Source of the DNA: Octopus sinensis
Lineage: Eukaryota
DNA length: 64,000 bases
Direction: 5' to 3'
Assembly (NCBI RefSeq): GCF_006345805.1
Contig: NC_043012.1
Location: 23,932,001-23,996,000 of the forward strand
Part shown: one piece after another, positions 1 through 11,221 of the stretch
Numbering within the stretch: position 1 is the first letter of the stretch
Layout of the letters: the number at the start of each line of letters is the position of its first letter
The notes under the pieces: generated by a model
Told to the model about the DNA's origin: nothing
The model's database searches: none
What the model saw: the letters and a program-made list of their open reading frames with translations, nothing else
Position numbers and translations under genes: made by a program

Positions 1-2460
1 TAGTCTTGCCGGGTCTTCTCACGCACAGCATACTTCCATAGGTCTCGGTCTCTAGACATTTCCTTAGTGAGACCTAAAGTTCGAAGGTCGTGCTTCACCA
101 CCTCGTCCCAGGTTTTCCTGGGTCTACTCTTCCACAGGTTCCCTCAACTGCTAGGGTGTAGCACTTTTGCACACAACTATCTTCAGCCTTTCTCGTCACA
201 TGACCATACCAGCGCAGCCGTCTCTCTTGCACACCACAACTGACGCTTCTTAGGTTCAACTTTTCTCTCAAGGAACTTACACTCTGACGATTATGAACAC
301 TGACATTACACATCCATCGGAGCATACTGGCTTCATTTCTTGCGAGCTTACGCATATCCTCAGCAGTCACGGCCCATGTTTCACTACCATGTAGCATGGC
401 TGTACGTACACATGCATCATACAGTCTGCCTTTTACTCTGAGCGAGAGGCCTTTTGTCACCAGCAGGGGTAAGAGCTCTCTAAACTTTGCCCAGGCTATT
501 CTTACTCTAGCAGTTACACTTTCAGCACACCCACCCCCGCTACTGACTTGGTCTCCTAGGTAGCGGAAGCTATCAACTACTTCTAGTTTGTCTCCCTGGA
601 ACGTGGCAGAAGTTGGTCTCTGCACATTTCCAGTGTTTATTGCTCCTGAGCATTTGCCACAGACAAAAACTATTTTCCTAGTTAGCCTTCCTTTGACATT
701 GCTGCACCTCTTATGTGTCCATAGCTTACACTTGGTGCATCTTATAGAGTTTCTACCTACACCTTTTTTACAGATCGAGCAGGGCCATCTACCTGAAGGC
801 GTTTGTGATTGTCTACCTTCCTACTTATTAGGACTTTGGTTTTGGCTAGGTTGATTCTAAGGCCCTTCGATTCTAATCCTTGTTTCCACACCTGAAACTT
901 CTCCTCCAGTTCTGATAGTGACTCAGCAATTAGAGCAAGGTCATCAGCATAGAGGAGCTCCCAGGGGCAACCTGTCTTGAATTCCTCCGTTATTGCCTGG
1001 AGGACTATGATAAATAGGAGGGGACTGAGGACTGAACCTTGGTGGACCCCAACCTCTACCCGGAATTCTTCACTGTACTCGTTGCCAACCCTCACCTTAC
1101 TAGCAGCGTCTCTGTACATGGCTTGCACAGCTCTCACCAACCATTCTTCTATCCCTAGTTTCCTCATTGACCACCAGATAAGGGATCGGGGGACCCTGTC
1201 AAAGGCTTTCTCCAAGTCAACAAAAGCCAGGTACAAGGGCTTATCTTTGGCTAGGTATTTTCCTGCAGCTGTCTTACCAGGAATATAGCATCAGTAGTAC
1301 TTTTCCCTGGCACGAACCCAAACTGCATATCATCTAAGCTAACTCTCTCTCTAATTAGTTGGGCTATAACCCTCTCCGTAACCTTCATTACCTGATCCAG
1401 CAGCTTGATGCCCCTGTAGTTATTTGTCTCTAGGGCGTCGCCTTTACCTTTGTAGCAGTTGACTATTATGCTGCTACACCAGTCATTGGGTATGACCCCC
1501 TCGTGTATCACCTGGTTAACTATACGGGTGACTAAGCTATAGCCGACACCACCAGATATTTTGAGCATCTCTGCAGTAATTCCTGATGGGCCTGGGGCTT
1601 TCCCTGTTTTTGCTTGCTTCTAATTGCCTTATCTACTAAGGAACTGTTAACTCGGATTGCTGGTCCCTCTGTTGGGTCGACATTCGGCAGACTCTCTTTA
1701 TCCCATTCATTTTCTTCATTCAGCAACCTATCATAGTGGCGTCTCCAGCCTCTCTCTTTGCATCTTCATTAAGCGCAAGTGAACGTCATCCTTGCGAACA
1801 CATTTCTCTCCTACCACGTCACGATTCTCTCTCACACACTGTCTTGCAACACAAAATACCTCAAGTCTTTCATCTCATGACGCAGGACATTGGCAAATTG
1901 TTCCTTATCTGCCTCCCCTCTGGCTAGATAGACCTGTCTCCTGGCTTCCCTTCTGGCAGACTGATACACTTCCCTGCTACCACCGTTCTTTCCAGGCCTT
2001 CCAAGCCTGTTTCTTTTGTCTAATAGCCCTGTCAACAATATTGTTCCACCACCACGTTATTTTGGGTCTTAAGGGGACTTTGCACCAGCCACAGATCTGG
2101 TCAGCGGCTTTCAGCAGGTTGTCCCTCAGAAGCGTCCAGTTGTCTTCTACCCCATGCTAGCTATACTCTTTCCATTTCGTCTAAGGCTTCAAATAACATA
2201 TCTCTAAATCTCTGTCCATTCGCAGGGTCTTTAAGCTTCCAGACCCTTCTTCTCCATGTTGGTCGTCTTCTAGTCGCCCTCTTAGTCCTGATCCTAAAGA
2301 CACTAACTACCAGTCTATGTTGTGGGGTGCATTCTTCACCTGGGAAGGTTTTGGCATTTATAAGCAGCCATCTTTCCCTTTTTCTGGCAAGGATGTAGTC
2401 GATTTGGCTAGTATGCCGGCCCAATCGGTAGGTGACCAGGTGACTTGTCGGTTTCCACAA
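1..2460 (-). mobile_element. RTE-clade non-LTR retrotransposon: 5'-truncated ORF2 (end of APE endonuclease, RT, C-terminus), frameshifted, running off the left edge
   Basis: Consecutive minus-strand frames give SQIDYIL...PQHRLVV (APE end), NYRGIKLL, QFGFVPGKSTTDAIF, FVDLEKAFDRVP, GVHQGSVLSPLLF, LLYADDL, FRYLG, RRLRWYGHV and, after a -1 shift near 125, RPRKTWDEVVKHDL...WKYAVREKTRQD, a typical RTE C-terminus. Confidence 0.95.
650..781 (-). other. PHD-type (C4HC3) zinc finger encoded inside the RTE RT
   Basis: Hand translation, in frame with ORF 95..625: CSICKKGVGRNSIRCTKCKLWTHKRCSNVKGRLTRKIVFVCGKC = C-x2-C-x10-C-x2-C-x4-H-x2-C-x14-C-x2-C with the W-x-H-x2-C signature. Confidence 0.85.
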
Positions 2461-2710
2461 GATTTAAATATGAACTGATATTTGTTTCCTCCTGAGACAG
2501 GAGATAATACAATAATCAAATGGATTTGAATAGCTTACTTTTAATCTTGTGTTTATTAAATCACACACACACATATACGCCCACACAAAAGAAATTTGAA
2601 TAAAACATATTCATGAAAAGTTATGTGTAAGATGTTAAATTGTGATCGGTTGTGATAAGACAGATTCCTACAAGAATAGCCCCAGGAGAAAATTCTTCAA
2701 CTACACAAAT

Positions 2711-2885
2711 GACATAGGAGTGGCTGTGTGGTAAGTAGATTGCTCACCAACCACATGGTTCCAGGTTAAGTCCCACAGTGTGGCACCTTGGGCAAATGTC
2801 TTCTACTATAGCCTCAGGCTGACCAAGGCCTTGTAAGTGGATTTAGTAGATGCAAACTGGAAGAAGCCTGTCATATATGTATGTG

Positions 2886-2921
<36 letters not shown>

Positions 2922-3153
2922 CACATGTGTGTATGTGTGTATATATGTTTGTGTCTGTGTTTGTCCCTCCCCCCATCAACATCACTTAACAACTGATGCT
3001 ACTGTGTTTACATCCCCATAACTTAGCAGTTAGGCAAAAGAAACTGATATAATTAGTACTAGGTTTACACAGAATAAGTCCTGGGGGTCAATATGTTCGA
3101 CTAAAGGCGGTGCTCCAGCATGGCCACAGCCAAATGACTGAAAAACTAGAAGA
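2711..3153 (+). mobile_element. tRNA-derived SINE family A (abundant octopus-type SINE), moderately diverged
   Basis: Head GGAGTGGCTGTGTGGTAAG with B-box-like GGTT..GTCCC, CORE-like CACCTTGGGCAA, internal (TA/TG)n, 3' part ending GGTGCTCCAGCATGGCC...AAATGACTGAA. Matches many other copies in the window. Confidence 0.9.
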
Positions 3154-3393
3154 ATACACTTGTGTAAAAATACATTTTGTTTTAGATTGTGAGTGACATC
3201 ATCAGCTCATAGGGTGCATGTATTTCTGCATTGTTCTGCTTCATCAGTTTGCTGTCAGACTGCACAATCACAGTGTGTACCGATGCAGTGCTTTCATCTC
3301 TAACTCTATCAACTCCAGTATGTCCCAGTATCTCCCAGTCTCTGTCTAATCTTTACCAGTAACTCAAGTCAAACAATACCGATTCCTATGCGC

Positions 3394-3580
3394 ATAGCCT
3401 TTTATCCTTCTCAAATGTAATGCTTATTTATTGTTTTGAAACAATCATAACCTTGAGGTTTTCATGTGATGGCTGATTTTTAGAATGACATTGTAGGGTA
3501 GGTGTGATAAGCAGGATTTGACCAGTTTGGAAATAAGACAGGTAGAAAATTTGGCCAGGATATGGCTATGCTAAATGCTT
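3394..3580. mobile_element. Degenerate piggyBac-like MITE (same family as 32707 and 38566, opposite orientation)
   Basis: Reverse-complement similarity to 38566-38786 (AATGACATTGTAGG..GTGTGA, AATGTAATGCTTATT). Confidence 0.6.
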
Positions 3581-4090
3581 AATATTTTCCAATCATGCAC
3601 AATGAGCTTGTATACCTAAACACCATTTACCAAATGCACAATGATTTTATGAAGAAATACATTAAATATATCCTTCACTGGAGATATGCTGACCTTGATT
3701 CTTAACAACCAAAAGTTATAAACACTATTCATATCAACAAAAAAAAAAGAGAGAGAGAGAGACAAATCCTTGCAAAGCATTTCCTTTAATCAAATCCAGC
3801 AGCATGCAACTTGAGCTTTTACAATTGTTTCAAAAGGTGGGCCTCACTATAAGCAAACCCCTCTCCTGGGAGTGAGGCCTTGCATTTAACATGGTTAGAA
3901 CCTCAACCCAACGAGTGATGCTTCTCTATGGGGATAGAAGCTACTTCACCAACCCTCCCCCCAACCCCATCCCACTCCACCAAGAATTACTGATACAGTA
4001 TAAAAGCTCAGGTGTGGCCCCTTTGTTGGACCACCCTGTGGACCACTCAACTGGGATAGAACTGCTGCTGTACATAATACTAAAATCCTG

Positions 4091-4200
4091 GAGTAGTTCC
4101 CAAACTTTTTGCTTTGCACACCAGACCAGTTTCATGCAAGACAATTTTTTCATGGACCAATGGATCAAGCACAGACTAAAACACAATGAAGTGCATTATA
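4091..4200. mobile_element. hAT-Charlie (MER1/Charlie3-like) terminal fragment
   Basis: GTAGTTCCCAAACTTTTTG...GACCAGTTTCATGCAAGACAATTTTTTCATGGAC resembles the recalled MER1/Charlie3 end (CAGCGGTCCCCAACCTTTTTG...GACCGGTTTCGTGGAAGACAATTTTTCCACGGAC). Confidence 0.6.
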
Positions 4201-4232
4201 TATAATTTAATTATCACATATATAATAAATAT

Positions 4233-4543
4233 GTGGAGGCGCAATGGCCTAGTGGTTAGGGCAGCGGACTCGCGGTCGTAGGATCGCGGTTTCGATTCTC
4301 AGACCGGGTGTTGTGAGTGTTTATTGAGCGAAAACACTTAAAGCTCCACGAGGCTCCGGCAGGGGGGGGGGACGATCCCTGCTGTACTCTTTCGCCACAA
4401 CTTTCTCTCACTCTTTCTTCTGTTGGCCTGCTCGCTTAGCCAGCGGGGTGGTGTCATTTGAAGGCTAAAACAATGTGAAGTGCATTGTGCCCAGCGATGT
4501 GTAACAACATCTGATGGCCTGGTCGGTCACAGTGATCACGGTG
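4233..4543 (+). mobile_element. tRNA-derived SINE family B, tail type 1, with 11-bp TSD
   Basis: A box TGGCCTAGTGG, degenerate B box GTTTCGATTC. Flanking direct repeat ATAATAAATAT at 4222-4232 and 4544-4554. The first ~190 bp are shared with 55582-55880. Confidence 0.85.
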
Positions 4544-4860
4544 ATAATAAATATATAATGCAATGACACCCCACTGACAGCAAAAGTCAATAAAATAGAA
4601 ACAAGATTTCCAGGCATATTGTCTCTTCTCTCTGCCTTTCATATCATAAACTATAATGGCTTCAGTTCCTCAGAGCAGGTTGCACTTCTGTTACCTCTAT
4701 CCAGACGTCCCCAATCAACTCATCTCTCCTCCTCTTGTCATCACCTATTTAGTTTACCCGACCCCCACAACCTGTGAGGCCCTACACTGATCCCCATGCT
4801 CAAGATCTTCTCTCTCCAGTATACTCTGGAATTCCCTTTATGTTCATATTTTTCCTGCAG

Positions 4861-5272
4861 GCATTGATTTATAGAGGTTCAAGAGGAACACTAAAGGCAT
4901 CAATAACACAGGTCGAGGGGGGCCAGAAAAAGGGGATGAATATCAAACCAGAAAAAGAGGGCCAAGAAAAGGGGATGGATACCAAACCAGAAAAAGAGGG
5001 CCAAGAAAAGGGGATGGATACCAAACCAGAAGAAGAGGGCCAGAAAAAAGAGGATGGATGCCAAACAAGAAAAAGAGCGCTACAAAAAGGGGATGGATGT
5101 CAAACCAGAAAAAGAGGGACAGGACAAGGGGATGGATGCCAAACCAGAAAACGAGGGCCACAAAAAGGGGATGGATGCCAAACCAGAAAAAGTGGGACAG
5201 GACAAGGGGATGGATGCCAAACCAGAAAAACAGAACCAGGAAAAGGAAATGGATGCCAAACCCAGCGACTAA
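4861..5272 (+). CDS. Candidate terminal exon encoding a Lys/Glu-rich 13-aa repeat tail (KPEKEGQDKGMDA)n, with one +1 frameshift
   Basis: Acceptor TTCATATTTTTCCTGCAG ends at 4860; only phase 0 is open (ALIYRGSRGTLKASITQVEGG...). 39-bp units at 4945, 4984, 5023, 5063, 5102, 5141, 5180, 5219, 5258. One extra A in run 5044-5049. TAA at 5270-5272, AATAAA at 5275-5280. No known protein recognised. Confidence 0.45.
4912..5269 (+). repeat. 39-bp tandem array (8 full units plus partial flanking units)
   Basis: Unit AAACCAGAAAAAGAGGGCCAAGAAAAGGGGATGGATACC. All units are 39 bp except one of 40. Confidence 0.95.
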
Positions 5273-5312
5273 AAAATAAAAGTATTGCAGTGACACATGC
5301 ACCCACTCTCCT

Positions 5313-5348
<36 letters not shown>

Positions 5349-5974
5349 TATACGCGCAAGCGTGCACATCTATTTTTATACACACAGAAATTCATGCATA
5401 TATACATACACACACACATATATATCTATATCTCTATTTATGGTAGACAAACAGATATTTTCACATGTTTTCTTTTTATACACACACATATAAATGTGTG
5501 TGTGTGTGTGTGTGTGGAGAGAGAGTAAGAGAGAGAAAAAGAGAGACAGACAAATAGATACCCACATATGAGTATGAGAGAGAAAGAGAGAGGGAGAAAG
5601 AGTGTGTGTGTGTGTGTGTGTGTGAAGGAGAGAGAGAAAGAGACTGAGACAGAGAATGCAGAGGTATAAACAGAGAAAGCAGTAATTGATTTGTAGCGCC
5701 ATGCAATTAAGGAACATGGAAATGTCTTTACAATTTGACCTACCCACATAGGTGTGTCTGCTACAACAGAAACAACAGCTACACCACCACCACTACCACC
5801 ACCACCACCATCAACAGTAGTACTAACATCATCATTATTATTAGCAGCATCCCATTCATCACCAATGCATTCAACAGTCCATAAAGCACTGCAACCCTTA
5901 CCACAAACACCGTCAGCATCATCATCACCATCACTACAGCTATATCCCTATCATCATCATCATCATCATCATCA

Positions 5975-6945
5975 CTAATATTTCTACCTGTACCACAGCC
6001 ATTTACTATCACTGATACCACCATCACCAGTGACACCATCACCATCATCATCATCATCATCATCACTAATATTTCTACCTGTACCACAGCCATTTACTAT
6101 CACTGATACCACCATCACCAGTGACACCATCACCATCATCATCATCATCATCATCACTAATATTTCTACCTGTACCACAGCCATTTACTATCACTGATAC
6201 CACCATCACCAGTGACACCATCACCATCATCATCATCATCATCATCACTAATATTTCTACCTGTACCACAGCCATTTACTATCACTGATACCACCATCAC
6301 CAGCAACACCACTACCATCATCATCATCATCACTAATATTTCTACCTGTACCACAGCCATTTACTATCACTGATACCACCATCACCAGCAACACCACCAT
6401 CATCATCACCACTAATATTTCTACCTGTACCACAGTCATTTACTATCACTGATACCACCATCACCAGCAACACCACTACCATCATCATCATCATCACTAA
6501 TATTTCTACCTGTACCACAGCCATTTACTATCACTGATACCACCATCACCAGCAACACCACTACCATCATCATCATCATCACTAATATTTCTACCTGTAC
6601 CACAGCCATTTACTATCACTGATACCACCATCACCAGCAACACCACCATCATCATCACCACTAATATTTCTACCTGTACCACAGCCATTTACTATCACTG
6701 ATACCACCATCACCAGCAACACCACCACTACCATCATCATCATCATCACTATATTTCTACCTGTACCACAGCCATTTACTATCACTGATACCACCATCAC
6801 CAGTGACACCATCACCATCATCATCATCATCACTAATATTTCTACCTGTACCACAGCCATTTACTATCACTGATACCACCATCACCAGCACACCACTACA
6901 TCATCATCATCATCATCCATCATCATCATCATCATCATCATCACC
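5975..6945. repeat. Minisatellite of 11 units (79-91 bp): constant core plus variable (CAT)n
   Basis: Core CTAATATTTCTACCTGTACCACAGCCATTTACTATCACTGATACCACCATCACCAG starts at 5975, 6066, 6157, 6248, 6333, 6412, 6497, 6582, 6661, 6749, 6833. Confidence 0.95.
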
Positions 6946-7420
6946 ATATTTCAAACCAATTAACAAGATTGCTGGCCCTAATTCGAAAATGCAACTAGAT
7001 CCCATTCCATTCACACTGATCCATCTTACAAAACAAAAAAAAAAAAGAGAGAGAGAGTGAGCTACACATTGCATAATGTCTTCCTTGTGGCTGGAAAAAC
7101 TTGCATCATCACAGCTGGAATGGCTTTGATTATAGACCTGCCCAATCAGAGCTGACCTGCAGCTAAATAGCAACAACAACAACAACAGCAACTATACCAC
7201 ATACACATAGACTACAGGCACATGAAATGGAGAAAAGTATCTCGATAACCATTAATTAAACCTAGTAGAAGCCTTATCCTCCTTTTCTCTCACGCTCTTC
7301 CTCTCTTGGAATCTCCATAACTGTCAGAAATTCTAAAGAGAAGGAGTAGGCTTCATCTGTTTCCTGGTTCAGTCATATTCTACTCCACCTGATCCCCTGC
7401 AAACTCACTTCTAAAATGCG

Positions 7421-8395
7421 AGTTGTTATGCAGTTCCTCAACAGCAAGAGACCTGTTCTGCTCTGGTCCCTTCTCTCAAACTCTCACGCATCCTTTACTT
7501 GTCACATCCTACCACAAAGTTTCCCAACCCCTGCTCTTGGGTCCCTAGTACTGCAAACTGCATGATGGTCACACTAGAATTAGTGACATGACAAAAGCGC
7601 TCAGTACATGCTTTCAGGTGGTTGGCATTAGGAAGAGAATCCAGCCCTGGAAACCATGCCTAAGCAAAGACTTAAGCATGGTGCAGTCTTATTGGATTTT
7701 GTCAAAACCAACAAATTTTGGGAAAATTGAGAAATACCAGGACCTAGTCAGAGAAATGAAGACATTGCGAGAGGCTAAGATGACAATTGTTGCAATGATA
7801 ATAGGTGCATCCCACCCAAATTGCTCAGAGGCTGAAGGATCTTGGAATTGAAACTCATATTGTGAAGCTGCAGAAAAGTTGTAATGCAGTTCCTCAACAG
7901 CAAAGGACCTGTTATGCTCTGGTCCCTTCTCTCAAACTCTCACCCATCCTTTGCTTGTCACATCCTACCACAAAGTTGCCCACCCCCTGCTCTTGGGTCC
8001 CTAGTGTTGCAAACTGCATGATGCTCTCACTAGAATTAGTGACATGACAAAAGCGCTCAGTACATGTTGTCAGGTGGTTGGCATTAGGAAGAGAATCCAG
8101 TCATGAAAACTATGCCTAAGCAAAGACTGAAGTCTGGTGCAGTCTTATTGGATTTTGTCAAAACCAACAAAGTTTGGGAAATATCATGACCTAGTCAGAG
8201 AAATGGAGACATTGTGGAAGGCTAAGATGACAATTGTTGCAATGATAATTGGTGCATCCCACCCAAATTGCTAAGAGGTTGAAGGATCTTGGAATTGAAA
8301 CTCATATTGTGAAGCTGCAGAAAAGAGCAATTCTGTATTCTGCAAGAATCCTCAGAAAGGTGTTTGAGATTTGAGAAGACTTGGTGCCACCAAAA
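7421..8395 (+). repeat. Old ~456-bp tandem duplication containing an RTE-tail fragment and an R4/Dong LINE C-terminal fragment
   Basis: Units start at 7421 and 7877 and differ by many substitutions. Translation KIEKYQDLVREMKTLREAKMTIVAMIIGA and LGIETHIVKLQKRAILYSARILRKVFEI matches the R4-clade RLE C-terminus. Confidence 0.85.
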
Positions 8396-9217
8396 CCTCA
8401 TGACAACAGTACAATGAACTAAAATGGTATACAACAGTCATTCAGTATGAGTTTGGCAATGATTGCGTTCATAGATTGGAAGTTTATAAATTAATAGGAA
8501 TTATTGTGTTACCTCTCTTTAATTATGAGTTGAAGTGGGAATTACGGTTATGGTTTTGGGGGACAAACACACACACACACACAAGATGGGCTTCTTTCAG
8601 TTTCTGTCTACTAAATCCACTCAGAAGGCTGTGGTTGACCCAAGGCTATAGTAGAAGACACTTGCCCAAGCCACACCTGCATCTATATATATATATGTAT
8701 ATATATATATATGGCCTGGGCCAATAATGGCCGAAACCTATCAAAGTATCAAAGTATATATATGTGTGTGTATATATATATGTGTGTGTGTATGTATGTG
8801 TATATATATAAATGTGTATATATATATATATATGTGTGTGTGTGTATATATGTATATATATGTGTGTATATATATGAATATATATATGTATGTATGTATA
8901 TGTATGTATGTATATATATATATATGTGTGTGTGTGTGTGCGTATATATATATATGTATGTATGTATGCATGTATATATATATATATATATAGTGATAGA
9001 GTATGATAAGAATTAGGTCGGCAACTACCTTCAAGAAATCTGTATTCATCCACCTCATTCAACAAACAAAAACTTCATTACAGACAATACCTCTTAAAAG
9101 AAAATCTAATAATATTGTTTGACCTTTGGAATGATGCCAAAAACATTCCATTTGCAGAATCTTCAAAAGTTCTTGTGTGACACAGAAACACACATACATA
9201 AGCGTATGTAAATGAAT

Positions 9218-9266
<49 letters not shown>

Positions 9267-9716
9267 AACATGGATACATATACAAACATGGATACATCTA
9301 CATACACATAGACATATTCAGGCACAGGAGTGTGATTAAGAAGTTTGTTTTGAAACCAGATGCTTTCTAGTTCTGTGCACTGCTGCACAGCAACATGGAC
9401 AGGAAATCTGTCTTCTACCTTTGCCTGTGATTGACAAATGTCTTCTGAGAGTATTTGGTAGACGAAAACTGTACAAAGCCCTTGTGTGTGAGAATGTTTA
9501 GAATCTGGGATTACAAGAGCCATAGTGGAAGATCTTCACTGTCATTTCCCTCTCAACATATCATGCCGTGGTTCTGCATGGTATGAAAAACTTGCATGGA
9601 AAATCACACAAAGGTTAGCTGCGGGAAAGGCATCCAGCTCTAAAACAATGTTTCCACAATATGTTTTTATCTAACCCATGTTGGTGACGTAAAATTGATT
9701 TTAAAATAAACAACAA

Positions 9717-10119
9717 ATAGGCATAGGAGTGGCTGTGTGGTAAGTAGCTTGTTTACCAGCCACATGGTTCCGGGTTCAGTCCCACTGCGTGGCACCTTGG
9801 GCAAGTGTCTTCTACTATAGTCTCGGGCCGACCAAAGCCTTGTGAGTGGATTTGGTAGACGGAAACTGAAAGAAGCCCGTCGTATATATGTATATATATA
9901 TATATGCGTGTGTGTGTTTGTGTGTCTGTGTTTGTCGCCCTAGCATTGCTTGACAACCGATACTGGTGTGTTTATGTCCCCGTTACTTAGCAGTTCGGCA
10001 AAAGACACCGATAGAATAAGTACTGGGCTTACAAAAGAATAAAAGGGTCGAGTTGCTCGATTAAAGGCAGTGCTCCAGCATGGCCGCAGTCAAATGACTG
10101 AAACAAGTAAAAGAGTAAA
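9717..10119 (+). mobile_element. SINE family A, full-length, young
   Basis: Complete head, internal (TA/TG)n and AAGTAAAAGAGT tail. Close to copies at 13296, 19854, 54943 and 56752. Confidence 0.95.
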
Positions 10120-11221
10120 TATGTGTATATATATATATATAAATATATTAAATCATTATTTACTATCCATTTCCCATGCTTGCACCAGTCAGATGGTATG
10201 AGAAGATCTGGTGAGAAGCACTGCAATAAGCTCCAAAGTCTGTTGTAACACTGTTTCTATGATTGGATGCCCTTCCTAATGCCAACCCCTTTACAGAATT
10301 GCACTGGGTGCCTTTCTTGTGCCACCGGCTGACAGCAGCACAAGTGAGGTTACCAATTGATTCATAAAACAAAACTCTCTTGAACAGACTAATGGTGGTG
10401 GGGGGAGGGGGTAGAGTATTTAGGGTGGTGGTGGTTTGGGGTCAAGTGTTGAAAGGTTAACGTATGATAAGGAGACATAAACAAGAGTCTTGCTATAGGA
10501 AGAAAAACATGGGTACCTCGGCAGGAATGGGAGTAGAGATGGAGGTGAGGCATCAGTGTACACCATCAAGGTACCTGAAGAGGAAGAAGAGGTGAAAAGG
10601 GACAGGGAATCAAAGATTTGTAAGAGTGTCAAAAGAGCGATTGACAGAAAAGATGAGGGTAGATATATGAATGCAGTAAACGGTGAATACAAGTGAAAAT
10701 AGCAAAAAAAAAAAAAAAATTTCCTTCTTTTTAATAGGAAAAACTTTCAAAGAATCAGAGAAAATCTCAAGGTTGCTATAATGAAGAAGAGCATTCAAAG
10801 CTGGTGACTTGACATGGTTGCAGTGAGACAACTGAAATAAGAATATATGCTCTTCTAGCATATCCACTGCATGCCGTAGCAATCAATTATGAGTTAATTA
10901 AAATGCAGTTGGAATAGTCTAGACAGTTGCCTGCAGGACTGGAAACAATATTCAGTTAATATAAAGTTGAAACTGAATACACACTCACACATAGAGAGAG
11001 AGCAAAAATAATCTGAAGAATTGTAAATGAATCTATCTTCTGTCTTTATGATAAGCCAAGTTACCTTGCTTGGGAAAAGGTAAATTTTGGTGACAGTTAG
11101 TGCATGCAACCGCAGAAACTCTGATTCAATGAATTTCATCTGAGCCATCCATGCAAGCCAGGAAAGATGGACATGAAACCAATGCTGCTGCTGCTGCTGA
11201 TGATGATGATATAAACAATAG

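Noticed and set aside
3170-3194. TTTTGTTTTAG|ATT|GTGAGT, a possible 3-nt microexon
   Set aside because: The motif is too short to distinguish from chance without RNA data.
4233-4310. tRNA-like sequences (also at 31405, 55582, 56436 and all family A heads)
   Set aside because: No complete acceptor stem, and each continues into a SINE body, so these are SINE heads and not tRNA genes.
5779-6860. Eight overlapping minus-strand ORFs starting MAVVQVEILV
   Set aside because: They come from the 79-91-bp minisatellite, whose units shift frame each time.
7073-7191. Short unique segment with CCAAT motif and a minus-strand ORF
   Set aside because: No convincing donor, no recognisable peptide, and a lone CCAAT is uninformative.
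8646-9065. Long ORFs rich in Y/I/H/T/C/V (also at 18.2, 20.4, 33.6, 42.5, 49.9, 57.9 and 63.3 kb)
   Set aside because: They are translations of (TA)n/(CA)n/(TG)n microsatellites, open in several frames at once.
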